Positions 30,649 to 40,824 of a stretch of DNA of 64,000 nucleotides are shown piece after piece; the stretch's first letter is position 1, and the number at the start of each line of letters is the position of its first letter. The stretch comes from Candidatus Woesearchaeota archaeon (lineage in GTDB: Archaea > Nanobdellota > Nanobdellia > SCGC-AAA011-G17 > PNOQ01). The translations under genes and the position numbers were made by a program. The notes beneath the pieces were generated by a model. The model did not search any database and was not told where the DNA came from. It saw only the letters and a list, made by a program, of their open reading frames with translations. The stretch is from positions 48,263 to 112,262 of the forward strand of contig JBDRML010000029.1 of assembly GCA_043812195.1 (NCBI GenBank), in the 5' to 3' direction.

Positions 30649-31401
30649 ATGAATACAGAAATACTAAGAAAAATTGGATTAACAGAAGGAGAAATACGAG
30701 TTTATGAAGCCTTAGCTATTTTAGGCAAATCCTCAACAGGTCCAATCATGGACAAATCAGGCATTTCTAGCTCAAAAGTATATTTAATATTAGAAAAATT
30801 AATACAAAAAGGATTAGTAAGTTTTGTAATAGAAAATAATGTAAAACACTTCCAAATTACTAATCCTAGAAATATAATAGAATATCTAGACAAACAGCAA
30901 AAAGAATTAGAAAATACAAAAAAAGAATCCGAATTATTTATCAAAGAGCTTACAAGTCTTTTAGGAAAATATGAAGAAGAATCTGCTCAAATTTACAAAG
31001 GTTTTGCAGGACTAAGAGTTGCTTTTGATAACTTATTAGAGAATATTGGAAAAGAAGGTGAGTTTCTTTTTTTCAGTCAATCAAAAGAAGAACTTGAAAA
31101 TGAAAGAGTAGTCAATTTCTTCAAAAATGTACATCAAAAAAGATTAGAAAAAGGAATAACTTCAAGAGGAATTGTAGACACAAACTTAAAAAAATTATTT
31201 GAAAAAAAGCTTATAAAACAAAAGTTATATCAAATAAGATTTTCTGATCTTAATTTACCTACTGCAATAAGTATTGGCAAAAATATTATTCTATTAAATA
31301 TATGGGGAGATAATCCTATTTGTTTTGAAATTATTTCTAAAAGAATTGCAGAAAAACACAAAGAATTCTTTAATAAACTCTGGAGCATATCTAAAAAATA
31401 A
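30649..31401 (+). CDS. TrmB family transcriptional regulator
   Basis: LRKIGLTEGEIRVY.AL...G..SSSKVYLILEKLIQKGLV and YKGFAG. Confidence 0.85.
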   Translation: MNTEILRKIGLTEGEIRVYEALAILGKSSTGPIMDKSGISSSKVYLILEKLIQKGLVSFVIENNVKHFQITNPRNIIEYLDKQQKELENTKKESELFIKELTSLLGKYEEESAQIYKGFAGLRVAFDNLLENIGKEGEFLFFSQSKEELENERVVNFFKNVHQKRLEKGITSRGIVDTNLKKLFEKKLIKQKLYQIRFSDLNLPTAISIGKNIILLNIWGDNPICFEIISKRIAEKHKEFFNKLWSISKK

Positions 31402-31477
31402 TTAAAAGTATAGCCTTTTATTACAAAAACTATTTAAACAGGAAAAATTAAATTAAAGAAAAGGAGGTGTAAACTAA

Positions 31478-31702
31478 ATGCCAAAAAAGAATAATATAAA
31501 ACCAGCAATGTCAGAAACTAAATCAAAAAAGACAAGTAGTTGCACATGTCATGGAAACGGGTTTACCTTTATTTTGGGAATAATAATCTTAATATTAGGT
31601 ATAACTTTATGGTTTCAGTGGTTAACTCTTGTACAAGTATTTGCAATAATATTTATTTTGATGGGTCTCAAAAAAATAATTTGGAAAAACAATTGCCACT
31701 AA
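31478..31702 (+). CDS. small two-TM membrane protein
   Basis: SD GGAGGTG and two hydrophobic helices. Confidence 0.6.
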   Translation: MPKKNNIKPAMSETKSKKTSSCTCHGNGFTFILGIIILILGITLWFQWLTLVQVFAIIFILMGLKKIIWKNNCH

Positions 31703-31814
31703 AAATACTAGCAATTCGTTAATCTAAAATATTGTGTATTTATCCTATTAAGGAGTATTTTCCATAAAAACACTAGTTTTAAAAGCTTTTCCCTATTTCT
31801 TTAAATAGATAAAA

Positions 31815-33122
31815 ATGAGAAGTTTAACAAAAAAAATCATAGGATGGACAACAGCTCTAGGAATAGCTCTAGGAGTCGGTTGGTTAGTAAAAGATTCAAA
31901 TGATTATTATGATAAAATAGAAAGAAGTCCATATCCTTTTGCACAAAAAATAGAACAAACAGAAGTAAAACCTAATAAACCAAAAAAAGAATTATACACA
32001 ATTCCAGCAGTCAAAGATTCTTCAAAAATTCCAACTATAAGAATGCCACTTAATACTCAACCTACTACTGAATTTGTTGAAATTGATTCACTTAAAACTT
32101 TTAACAGATATACTTCATCACCATTAGTATCAACAGAATGGCCTACATATTCTAATTTAGAACCTAAATTAAATCCATATCCAACAGAGATTACTTCAAG
32201 TGATAGCACCAGTATTACTGAAAACGATACTATAAATATCAAAATACCAACACCTAAGGAAATAGAAAATCCAGTAAATGATATAGAAGAATTATTAAAA
32301 CAATATCCTGAATTAGCTTCTCAACAAATAGAAAAAGTAGAAAATACAAGAGAACCTGTTAGCTTTTTTCCTGAGCAAATACAGCAACCAAATTATGGAG
32401 ATGTAGAAATAGCTATAAAACCTCTTCCTAAACCAATTATAAAAAGAATAGAAAAAAGCTTATCGCAAACTCTTTTAGATGGATTAAGAGAAACAGGTTT
32501 CATAGAAGTAATAGGTGATGATATTCGAGAAGTATTATATGGAAATGAAGAAGAAGATAGTAATAATATTGGTGCTGTTAAAGAACTTGCAAAATTAAAC
32601 AACATACCTAATCCAAATGAAGTAAATGCTAATCAAGAAATAGAAATAGATTTCGCTCAAATTCTTCCAGAAAAATATTTAAAACAAAGACAGGAAACTA
32701 CAACAATATCTTATTCCCAAAGAAGCGTAGCAAATGGGAGCACATTAAGTGAAATTATACTTGATTATTGTTTAGACCACAATATAGCACCAACTGTAAA
32801 AGACTTATACTCAAAAAAAGGCCTAGTTGAACTTATCGGTGAATTTAATGAAAAAGAAGGTAATATCGAAAATAGAGAGTGTCTTCATCCTGGCAAAACA
32901 GTTGAGATTGTTCCTGAAATTATAAAGCATTATTACGACTCAAAATTAAAAAATTTAGAAAGACAGCAGTATAAAAATCCTGATGAGGGGTATAAAGTTA
33001 TAGGAAAACAAGCATATAAACAAGATTCAAATGGAAGATGGAGAAAAAAATCAGCAGGTGTTTCTGGAGTTCCAGGAATATATGTTTCTAATAAAGAAGT
33101 AGCAGAAGCAGGATTAGATTAA
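31815..33122 (+). CDS. membrane-anchored protein with Pro/Thr-rich stalk and two LysM-like segments
   Basis: N-terminal TM; VKELAKLNNIPNPNEVNANQEIEI and VANGSTLSEI...NIENRECLHPGKTVEI. Confidence 0.55.
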   Translation: MRSLTKKIIGWTTALGIALGVGWLVKDSNDYYDKIERSPYPFAQKIEQTEVKPNKPKKELYTIPAVKDSSKIPTIRMPLNTQPTTEFVEIDSLKTFNRYTSSPLVSTEWPTYSNLEPKLNPYPTEITSSDSTSITENDTINIKIPTPKEIENPVNDIEELLKQYPELASQQIEKVENTREPVSFFPEQIQQPNYGDVEIAIKPLPKPIIKRIEKSLSQTLLDGLRETGFIEVIGDDIREVLYGNEEEDSNNIGAVKELAKLNNIPNPNEVNANQEIEIDFAQILPEKYLKQRQETTTISYSQRSVANGSTLSEIILDYCLDHNIAPTVKDLYSKKGLVELIGEFNEKEGNIENRECLHPGKTVEIVPEIIKHYYDSKLKNLERQQYKNPDEGYKVIGKQAYKQDSNGRWRKKSAGVSGVPGIYVSNKEVAEAGLD

Positions 33123-33409
33123 GGAATTCTCTCTTCTTGTTCATAAGGTTCTATATTTGTAAAAGTTTGAGGTTCTATTTGTTCTTCTAATTTAGGTTGA
33201 GAGGTGGATTGTTGTCTCTGTTGTCCCTGCATATCTTCTTGTCCTTGTTTAACCATTGCATCAACATCTACACCTAATTTTCTTAATTCTTCCATGTGCA
33301 TCTGTATCAACTTATCCACATCATTAACCATATTCACCAAGGCAGTTCTCTCACCAGCTAATGTATTTATACAGCCTTTGTGAAATCCAATAAGTTCCTC
33401 ATTTGCCAT
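33119..33409 (-). CDS. hypothetical coiled-coil protein
   Basis: 96-aa ORF directly downstream of a small RHH gene. Confidence 0.6.
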   Translation of the reverse strand: MANEELIGFHKGCINTLAGERTALVNMVNDVDKLIQMHMEELRKLGVDVDAMVKQGQEDMQGQQRQQSTSQPKLEEQIEPQTFTNIEPYEQEERIP

Positions 33410-33410
33410 T

Positions 33411-33548
33411 TTACTTATATTTGGAGATCTGTTTAACTATAGCTTGACTAATAAAATCCTCTTCATTAGTATACAATCTAGTTTTTTCTATTACAGCTCT
33501 AACACTATCCATAAGTTGTTTTGGTAATTTAACACTCTCTGTCTCCAT
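33411..33548 (-). CDS. small ribbon-helix-helix (CopG-like) protein, 45 aa, not in ORF track
   Basis: METESVKLPKQLMDSVRAVIEKTRLYTNEEDFISQAIVKQISKYK; SD GGAGG upstream. Confidence 0.65.
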   Translation of the reverse strand: METESVKLPKQLMDSVRAVIEKTRLYTNEEDFISQAIVKQISKYK

Positions 33549-33594
33549 TTTAGAAACCTCCTAAATTTATATAAAATTAAATACTATATAAATA

Positions 33595-35469
33595 TTACTT
33601 TCTTTTTCTCTTTCTTTTCTTTTTTCTTTTTTCTTTTCTTTTTCTCTTTCTTTTTCTCTTTCTTTTAATAAACCGATAAATCAAGAAAAACAGCAAAAGC
33701 AATATTAAAATTATAAAAACAATAAAACCATATTCAAGTTTAGATACTGGCATAGGATTTTCTTCACTACTAATTATTGTAAACCTATCACTTCCAAAAA
33801 TCTCTTGTTCCTCATAATTTAAATAACATATAAAATCATAGTCTCCATCAGTTGCATTTAATGGTACATTAAGGGTTCTTAAAATACTTACTTGGGTTTC
33901 AACTGCTAAATATTCAGCATAATAGTCTAAAATACTATTCACAGAATCTTCAATATTACATTTTAAAAATACATCAACAGGTTTTAAATCTCCAAAGTTT
34001 ATAAGCTGCACTTTAGCCATAACTTCCTGACCAGCTTCAACAATTTTTGTACTATCTTCTACTTCAACATTAACATCAAATAAAGCATTTAAATCTCCAT
34101 TATCACCATCTTCATCGCCATTATCGTCTGCTCCACCCCCACCACTGCCTCCTGAATTACCATTTAAATCCCCATTAGGAGGTTCAACTGGTGGTTCTTC
34201 ACTTTCAACATCAACAATTAAATTATAAGTTAAAGATGCACCAAAATTACCTTGAATATCATCACATCTAACATACCATTCATATTCACCATTATCCAAA
34301 TTTAGATTAAATTCTCCAACATCCCAATTCACTTCACTCATATTCTCATCATCAACAAATATAGAACAAATATCTAATTCATATGCCCCTTGTACAACAC
34401 TATAACTAAAAATAATATCATTACTATTTTCTTCTATATATTCATCTTCAGGACTAATCAAATTAATAACAGGAAGATTAGTTAGAACTTCTAATCTAAT
34501 TTCATTACTTTCTATATATAATTCCCCATTAACTTCTGTAGCTCTAAAAATAATAGTCTCACTACCTGTCCATCCTTCAGGAGAACTAAAAGAAACAACA
34601 CCATTATCAATATCTACTTGAATATTTAAATTCCCACTTACACTATAAATTAATTCATTATCCAAATCTTCAAAATAATCATTTAAATCAAAAGCATATT
34701 CTAACCCACCTTCAGACTCTGTCCATTGTTGATTCTCAATATTATTAATAAAAGAAGGAATATAATTTATTCCAATTACATAATTAAAACCTATACCATC
34801 GATAATTTCATCAGAATAACTATTATTCAAAGTATAGCCTTCTTTACTTACAATAAAATCATGTGAAGCACTTTCAAGAGCATAATATTCATCCACATTA
34901 TTTATTGTTTTAGCAAAAACTGCATATGGTTCATCATAATTAATAATCTCACCATCTAAACTAAAGTCTGCATCATAAATATTAATTCCTCTGCTATCAA
35001 CAACATCAAAGTTAACATACCAATAAATATCTAATCCGTTAACAATAGAAACACTAAAACTACTTTCATCAATTATAACATTAATAAAATCAGAATCCTT
35101 AATAGTACATTCTGAATTAGCTCCAGCATAAAAACGTATAGGATTATAAGATCTTATAGTAGCTCCATCAATATCTAAACCTCCTAAACTATTAATTTTT
35201 AAAAATAATTCATCTCCTTCCAAACCATTAAAAACTAATGCAGAATTTAAAATCTCTAAATTACCAATTTCAGAAACTTGAATATTATTCCTAATAGGCA
35301 AATAAGTATCTTCATTAATAATTTGATTATCTACTATTAACCAAATAGACCATTCATATTTAGGAGCATATTTTGGTTGTTCAACAACATAAACCAAAGT
35401 TAAGATTAACGCTAAAAACAAAAAAGCAATCCACACCTTTTTATTTTCCCAAATACTCTTTTTAATCAT
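33595..35469 (-). CDS. large acidic cell-surface protein with Ig-like domains, C-terminal TM and a poly-Lys/Arg tail
   Basis: N-terminal signal/TM, G.YEWYVRC.D..GN, Gly/Asp linker, and a TM followed by KRKRKRKRKEKRKKKRKRKRK. Confidence 0.7.
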   Translation of the reverse strand: MIKKSIWENKKVWIAFLFLALILTLVYVVEQPKYAPKYEWSIWLIVDNQIINEDTYLPIRNNIQVSEIGNLEILNSALVFNGLEGDELFLKINSLGGLDIDGATIRSYNPIRFYAGANSECTIKDSDFINVIIDESSFSVSIVNGLDIYWYVNFDVVDSRGINIYDADFSLDGEIINYDEPYAVFAKTINNVDEYYALESASHDFIVSKEGYTLNNSYSDEIIDGIGFNYVIGINYIPSFINNIENQQWTESEGGLEYAFDLNDYFEDLDNELIYSVSGNLNIQVDIDNGVVSFSSPEGWTGSETIIFRATEVNGELYIESNEIRLEVLTNLPVINLISPEDEYIEENSNDIIFSYSVVQGAYELDICSIFVDDENMSEVNWDVGEFNLNLDNGEYEWYVRCDDIQGNFGASLTYNLIVDVESEEPPVEPPNGDLNGNSGGSGGGGADDNGDEDGDNGDLNALFDVNVEVEDSTKIVEAGQEVMAKVQLINFGDLKPVDVFLKCNIEDSVNSILDYYAEYLAVETQVSILRTLNVPLNATDGDYDFICYLNYEEQEIFGSDRFTIISSEENPMPVSKLEYGFIVFIILILLLLFFLIYRFIKRKRKRKRKRKEKRKKKRKRKRK

Positions 35470-35504
35470 TAAAAAATAATTAAATCTCTGATTTTTATAT
35501 ATTT

Positions 35505-36455
35505 CTATATAAATAAACTACTAACAGATTCAGAAGTATGAATTCTCTTTATAGCTTTTGCTAATATTTCAGCTATAGAAATAATTTTTATTTTTTCTAA
35601 TTTTTTATGTTCTGGTATTTTAATTGTATTAGATACAACTACTTCAGTTATATCAGAATCTTTTAAACGTTCTATTGCTGAACCTACAAATACTGGATGT
35701 GTACCACTCAGACAAATCTTTTTAGCTCCGTTATTCTTTAAAATCTCTTTAACATTGCATAAGGTTCCTGCTGTGCTAATAATATCATCAAATATTATTA
35801 TATTTTTATCCTTAATATCTCCCAAAAGAGTGCATTTTTCTATTTTATCATGTCCATCCACATCATATGATCTCTGTTTAATAACAATAACTAATGGTAA
35901 ATGTAGTTTCTTAGCTAATTCATTAGATAATTTAACACTTCCCTCATCAGGAGCAACTACGACATAATCAGATAAATCTCTCTCTTTAAAATAATCAATA
36001 AATAAAGGCAATGATTGGAGATTATCTAAAGGTATATCAAAAAAACCCTGAATTTGAGCAGCATGTAAATGAACAGTTAATACTCTATCAGCACCAGCAC
36101 TTGTAATTAAATCAGCAACAAGCTTGGCAGATATCGGCTCTCTTGATGTTGCTTTTCTATCCTGTCTGCTATATCCATAATAAGGTAGAACAACTGTTAT
36201 CCTTTCTGCTGAAGCTCTTTTTAAAGCATCCATTAATATTAACAATTCCATAAGATTTTCATTTACAGGCTCTGATGTTGGTTGGATAATAAAAACATCT
36301 TGTCCCCTCATATTTTCATTTATTCTTGCATAAGATTCACCATCAGAAAATCTTGTTAATATTCTATCTGAAAGAGGAACATCTAAAATTCTTGAGATTT
36401 CTTGAGCTAAAGGGATATTTGCATTACCAGAAATTAATTTAATATTATTCTGCAT
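35505..36455 (-). CDS. prs: ribose-phosphate pyrophosphokinase
   Basis: FSDGE, PYYGYSRQDRK, LHAAQIQGFF, VVAPDEG, DDIISTAGT. Confidence 0.95.
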   Translation of the reverse strand: MQNNIKLISGNANIPLAQEISRILDVPLSDRILTRFSDGESYARINENMRGQDVFIIQPTSEPVNENLMELLILMDALKRASAERITVVLPYYGYSRQDRKATSREPISAKLVADLITSAGADRVLTVHLHAAQIQGFFDIPLDNLQSLPLFIDYFKERDLSDYVVVAPDEGSVKLSNELAKKLHLPLVIVIKQRSYDVDGHDKIEKCTLLGDIKDKNIIIFDDIISTAGTLCNVKEILKNNGAKKICLSGTHPVFVGSAIERLKDSDITEVVVSNTIKIPEHKKLEKIKIISIAEILAKAIKRIHTSESVSSLFI

Positions 36456-36510
36456 TATCAAAACTTGAAAACACAATAACTATTTAAAGTTTTATTCGCT
36501 ATAATATACT

Positions 36511-36813
36511 ATGAATGAATTTAAAGAAAAGGTCTACAAAATCTGCAAAAAAATACCTAAAGGCTATGTAAGCACTTATGGAGAGATAGCAAAAGCTCTT
36601 AATTCAAAAGCTTATAGGACAGTTGGCAACGCAATGAACAAAAATCCATATGCGCCAATAGTAGCTTGCCATCGCGTAGTAAACTCAAATGGAAACATTG
36701 GTGGTTTTGCATCAGGAACTAAAAATAAAATAAAACTGCTAAAAAAAGAAGGCATAAAAATAAAAGATAACAAAATTCAGGATTTTGATAAAGTGTTTTT
36801 TAGATTAAGGTAA
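36511..36813 (+). CDS. ogt: methylated-DNA--protein-cysteine methyltransferase (single domain)
   Basis: IPKGYVSTYGEIA, RTVGNAM..NP, active-site CHRVV, K..LL..EG. Confidence 0.88.
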   Translation: MNEFKEKVYKICKKIPKGYVSTYGEIAKALNSKAYRTVGNAMNKNPYAPIVACHRVVNSNGNIGGFASGTKNKIKLLKKEGIKIKDNKIQDFDKVFFRLR

Positions 36814-36822
36814 AAAAGTAAT

Positions 36823-37131
36823 TTATTTTAGAAGTCCATAATAAGGCATTCCATTTTCATCCGTTTGAATACCATATCCTTCTTGATAATACGTAGAATT
36901 GTTTGGTATTTTTTTACAAAGGATAAAACTTTTTCTAGTTTCAATTGTTCCTTTTAAATCCATATTTCCATTTCCATCTTTAACAATTATACTATTTAAA
37001 CATTCAACAATCTCTATTAAACGATAACGGGGACTTTTTCTACCAGTTGTTCCATTAAAATCATCATAATCTCTTTCATTACCATCATTATTCCAAAAGC
37101 CAAACCCTGGATTTCTATTTTCTCTAGACAT
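36823..37131 (-). CDS. hypothetical protein
   Basis: 102-aa ORF preceded by the recurring ACAAATAGAAAG-TATA promoter motif. Confidence 0.5.
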   Translation of the reverse strand: MSRENRNPGFGFWNNDGNERDYDDFNGTTGRKSPRYRLIEIVECLNSIIVKDGNGNMDLKGTIETRKSFILCKKIPNNSTYYQEGYGIQTDENGMPYYGLLK

Positions 37132-37275
37132 TTTTAAATTTACTTCAAAAATTATATAGTTTTCTCCTTTATAAATCTTTCTATTTGTAACTACTTATTA
37201 ATAACACCAACCACAATAAAATACAAAATTTTGATAAAGTTTTTTACAAAATAAAAAAAAGAAAAATTAGTTAAA

Positions 37276-38046
37276 TTATACCCCATTTTCAGACGCACTG
37301 GTTCCGCCAGTTTTCTGTACCCCGTAAGCACAACCGTAGTCACCATCAAGGCCAAAATATCCTTCGAAATAAAGCTTACTCTCACCGGCGCAGGTACAGT
37401 TACGCAAAATAGAAACAGAATATTCTGGAGAATATTCTGATTTTGATCCTTTTATAAGGTTTGTTCCACCTCCACCTGTTTGGGGCTTACATCCAAATTT
37501 AGAAACAACTTCCCCTATTTTCTCTGCTCCTTCTGGTCCAAAGCTTGCGACCATGAAACCATCTTTTGATAATGATTCTGGAGTGTGGTCTCCTAATTTG
37601 TAACTTTCTTTTGGAGCAAAACTAACTGATCTGTCTTCACTGAATCTTACTCCATCAACTTCTCTTCCGCTTCTTAGTCTTTCTTCTAATTCGTCTCTAT
37701 CTAATGCCCAACTAATTCCTATTGCTTCTGGATCATGAGCAACATAAACCCCTTCATGAGTCCATAAATTTCTGTTAAATACCCAAAGCATATTATTATC
37801 AATAATATCTTGAACTCCTCTGAACTCTAGTTCTGAAGAATTATAAGCTCCATAAAGTAATGAAGCTGTTTGATATCCTGTTGGGATACTTAAACCCTTT
37901 TCCAAAATTTTTTTCCCAATAGTTCTATAATTATGGGGTCCAAATGACGGATAAACAAATACTAATTCTACATCTCTATGTACTATTTCTCTATGAGGCA
38001 CTATTAGTTCAGCCATCCTTCCTTCAACTCTTGGTTTATTTTTCAT
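37276..38046 (-). CDS. hypothetical protein, DGR-target-like paralog of 46572-47255
   Basis: Shared LIVPH..ELVF..P..GP..Y, TASL.YGA.NS and G..GA.K.GE; GC-enriched VR-like 3' end with a hairpin at 37297-37311. Confidence 0.65.
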   Translation of the reverse strand: MKNKPRVEGRMAELIVPHREIVHRDVELVFVYPSFGPHNYRTIGKKILEKGLSIPTGYQTASLLYGAYNSSELEFRGVQDIIDNNMLWVFNRNLWTHEGVYVAHDPEAIGISWALDRDELEERLRSGREVDGVRFSEDRSVSFAPKESYKLGDHTPESLSKDGFMVASFGPEGAEKIGEVVSKFGCKPQTGGGGTNLIKGSKSEYSPEYSVSILRNCTCAGESKLYFEGYFGLDGDYGCAYGVQKTGGTSASENGV

Positions 38047-38186
38047 TGTTATTCATCTCCTACCACTTTTTAGTCAGTGGCTTTGTTTTTATTACTATTA
38101 AATAGTAATCCAACTATAATAAACCATATTATAAGAATTTAGGACAAATAGAAATATTTATAAAGAATAGTTCTATATGTAATAAT

Positions 38187-39158
38187 ATGAAACTAGATAA
38201 ACTTGACTATAAAATATTAGAAGAATTAGATTATAATGCTAGAATTCCCCAATCAGAACTAGCCAAAAAACTAAATTTGTCAAAACAAAACATCAGCTAT
38301 AGAATTAATAAATTAATAAAAAACAAAATAATTCAAGCTTTTATAACAGGAATAAATATGCATAAATTAGGATATTTAACCTATAGAATATATCTAAGAA
38401 TAAATATAAACAAATCCAAAGAAATAATAGATTATTTCAAAAATCTTAACAATACACTATGGGTAGTTTCATTGTCAGGAATGTGGGATTTAGAAGTTGT
38501 AATTTTAGCAAAAAATTATATAGAACTAAATAATATCGTAAAAAAATCAAAAGAAGATTTAGGAATTTATTTCACAAAAATAAACATTTCAACTTCAATT
38601 TTTAATTATCAATTCAAAAGAGATTATTTACTAAACAAAGAAAGAAAGTTGTTTATTCCTTTTTATTATGGATTTGAACCAAAAAAAGAAGATTTAGATG
38701 AATTAGATATTAAAATATTATACGAATTATCAAAAGATTGCAATAGAAGCAACCAAGAAATAGGAAAGAAATTAAAAACAACATATCATACCATAAAACA
38801 AAGAATAAATAAAATGGAAAAACTAAAAATAATAATACATCATAGAATATTCATAAATCTAGAAAAAATAAATAGAAAATTCTACAAAGCTACAATAACT
38901 TTAAATAATTCTACAAAAGAGAAAGAGAAAGAATTATATAATTTTTGCAGCAGTTTTAACTTTATAGTTTATTTAGTTGAAGTTTTAGGAGATTGGCAAC
39001 TTGAAATAGAAGCAGAGGTAGAATCCCAGAATCAATTCAATGATTTTTTAATACAATTAAGAAAAAAGTTTCCAGATTTAATACAAGACTATCAAATCAT
39101 ACAAGCAACAAAAGAACACAAAATAGATTTTTTCCCAGGAAATATTAAATTAACTTAA
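38187..39158 (+). CDS. tandem Lrp/AsnC family regulator
   Basis: Two LDxLDxKIL-HTH modules, with GMWDL and GDWQL in the effector domains. Confidence 0.85.
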   Translation: MKLDKLDYKILEELDYNARIPQSELAKKLNLSKQNISYRINKLIKNKIIQAFITGINMHKLGYLTYRIYLRININKSKEIIDYFKNLNNTLWVVSLSGMWDLEVVILAKNYIELNNIVKKSKEDLGIYFTKINISTSIFNYQFKRDYLLNKERKLFIPFYYGFEPKKEDLDELDIKILYELSKDCNRSNQEIGKKLKTTYHTIKQRINKMEKLKIIIHHRIFINLEKINRKFYKATITLNNSTKEKEKELYNFCSSFNFIVYLVEVLGDWQLEIEAEVESQNQFNDFLIQLRKKFPDLIQDYQIIQATKEHKIDFFPGNIKLT

Positions 39159-40743
39159 ACAACCCACTCAAATTCAACTCAAACCCAACAACAGGATTTT
39201 TCAAATCAAAACTACTCAAACATCTAGGATGAATTTCTCCAATATAAGCGACATCTTTACCTTTAACAGAAACTCTTCCAACTCTTCCATCAATAAATGA
39301 TTTATGTTCAACAGCTCTAACTTTATAATCTAAATCCAAAGCTCTAAACAAACCATCTAAAATCTGTCTAGCATCAGTATAATTTCCAGGACACAATAAA
39401 ATAGCTAATCTATCTTTTTCTTCATCATTAGAAAACACAGTACCAATCTCAAATATATTTTGTGGATACATATGATGTTTATTATTTCCCAAAACTTCCA
39501 ATAAACTAGGAATCATCCAACCACGCAAAACATTATATTCTTTATTCAAAGCATTTTCAATTTCAACTAAATCTAAATTAATTCCCATTTTAGAAGTCTG
39601 ATTCTCTTTATTAGTCAAATTATAAGTATTAGTCTCCAATAAACCATATCCAACTAAAATATTAGCAACTTTACTTTTAAATTTCTCAAATAAATCTTCA
39701 GCTGCAATTGTAGCAACATTCGGAATCTCAGCTTCAAAATTTTCATATCCATAAGCAATAGCTATATCCTCAACTAAATCAATCTCACTTAAAACATCAG
39801 CTCTATAAGCAGGAACTAATGCAAATCCATTTCCATAACCAATTCCCATCATACTTAATAATTCTTTAATTTTAACTTCATTCAAATCCAGACCTAAAAT
39901 TTTATTAACATAATCTCTATTAACTTTCATTCTAACAGGTTTCAAATCAGGATAACTCTTTCCATCAACATTGACAGAATAAATCTTACCATTTCTATCA
40001 GCTAAACTACAAACAACAATATTCAAAGCTTGTTCAACAGCATTCAAATCCCATCCAGTTACATCAATAAACAAATTCTTAGTTTTCTTATGAACTCTTG
40101 TCTCTTGAGAATTAATTATTGGAGGCATAGACAATACTTGCTTCTTAGAATCAATCCAAATAGGATACTCTTCAAATTTCTCTAATAATTGTGCATATTC
40201 TTTTCCTTTAGGATGTTTATTCAAAATCTGATTTAAATTCATTCTATCAGAATATTCCAAAGGAGTAAACTTAAAACTAACAGGCTTAGTAGTAAAAGTA
40301 ATAGGAAATTTAATTTTATCTAAATCATAAACTCCAATAGAAACCTTTTCTCTATTTCTTCCATGTGTCATATGTAATTTTTCTTGAACTTGCATCAAAG
40401 ATTTTAAAATCTCATCATCTAATTTAACATTTTTAACAACTGTAGCAACAGCATAAGGTCTTACTTTAGAAACTTTTTTATCAATTTTAGCAACATAATT
40501 TCCTTTCAAAACTTTATAATCCTTCAATCCTTTTTTCACACCAATAAAACTTTTCAAAGCTCTTGAGAAACCTTCAACACTTAACATATCAGGCCTATTA
40601 GGAAAAACTTCAACTTCAACTTCCTTTCCAACTTTCTCTAAATCAGTTCCCAACATAGAAATTCTATCTTTTAATTTCTCATCAGACAGCTGTCTACCAA
40701 TAAGCTTCAACAAGTCCTGTTTATCTATTACTATATTTGGCAT
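39145..40743 (-). CDS. pheT: phenylalanine--tRNA ligase beta subunit
   Basis: PNRPDMLSVEG, QEKLH...GRNR, SMPPIINS, YRADV...DLVEDIAIAYGY, GEIHP. Confidence 0.95.
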   Translation of the reverse strand: MPNIVIDKQDLLKLIGRQLSDEKLKDRISMLGTDLEKVGKEVEVEVFPNRPDMLSVEGFSRALKSFIGVKKGLKDYKVLKGNYVAKIDKKVSKVRPYAVATVVKNVKLDDEILKSLMQVQEKLHMTHGRNREKVSIGVYDLDKIKFPITFTTKPVSFKFTPLEYSDRMNLNQILNKHPKGKEYAQLLEKFEEYPIWIDSKKQVLSMPPIINSQETRVHKKTKNLFIDVTGWDLNAVEQALNIVVCSLADRNGKIYSVNVDGKSYPDLKPVRMKVNRDYVNKILGLDLNEVKIKELLSMMGIGYGNGFALVPAYRADVLSEIDLVEDIAIAYGYENFEAEIPNVATIAAEDLFEKFKSKVANILVGYGLLETNTYNLTNKENQTSKMGINLDLVEIENALNKEYNVLRGWMIPSLLEVLGNNKHHMYPQNIFEIGTVFSNDEEKDRLAILLCPGNYTDARQILDGLFRALDLDYKVRAVEHKSFIDGRVGRVSVKGKDVAYIGEIHPRCLSSFDLKNPVVGFELNLSGLFKLI

Positions 40744-40824
40744 TTTAAAACTAAGATTGTTTTTATTTATAAAGATTACTTTATAAGAGAAAAAAATAGC
40801 AATCCTAATGACTACTAATCATTT

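Noticed and set aside
33598-33670. Pyrimidine-rich microsatellite
   Set aside because: It encodes the Lys/Arg cytoplasmic tail after a TM helix.
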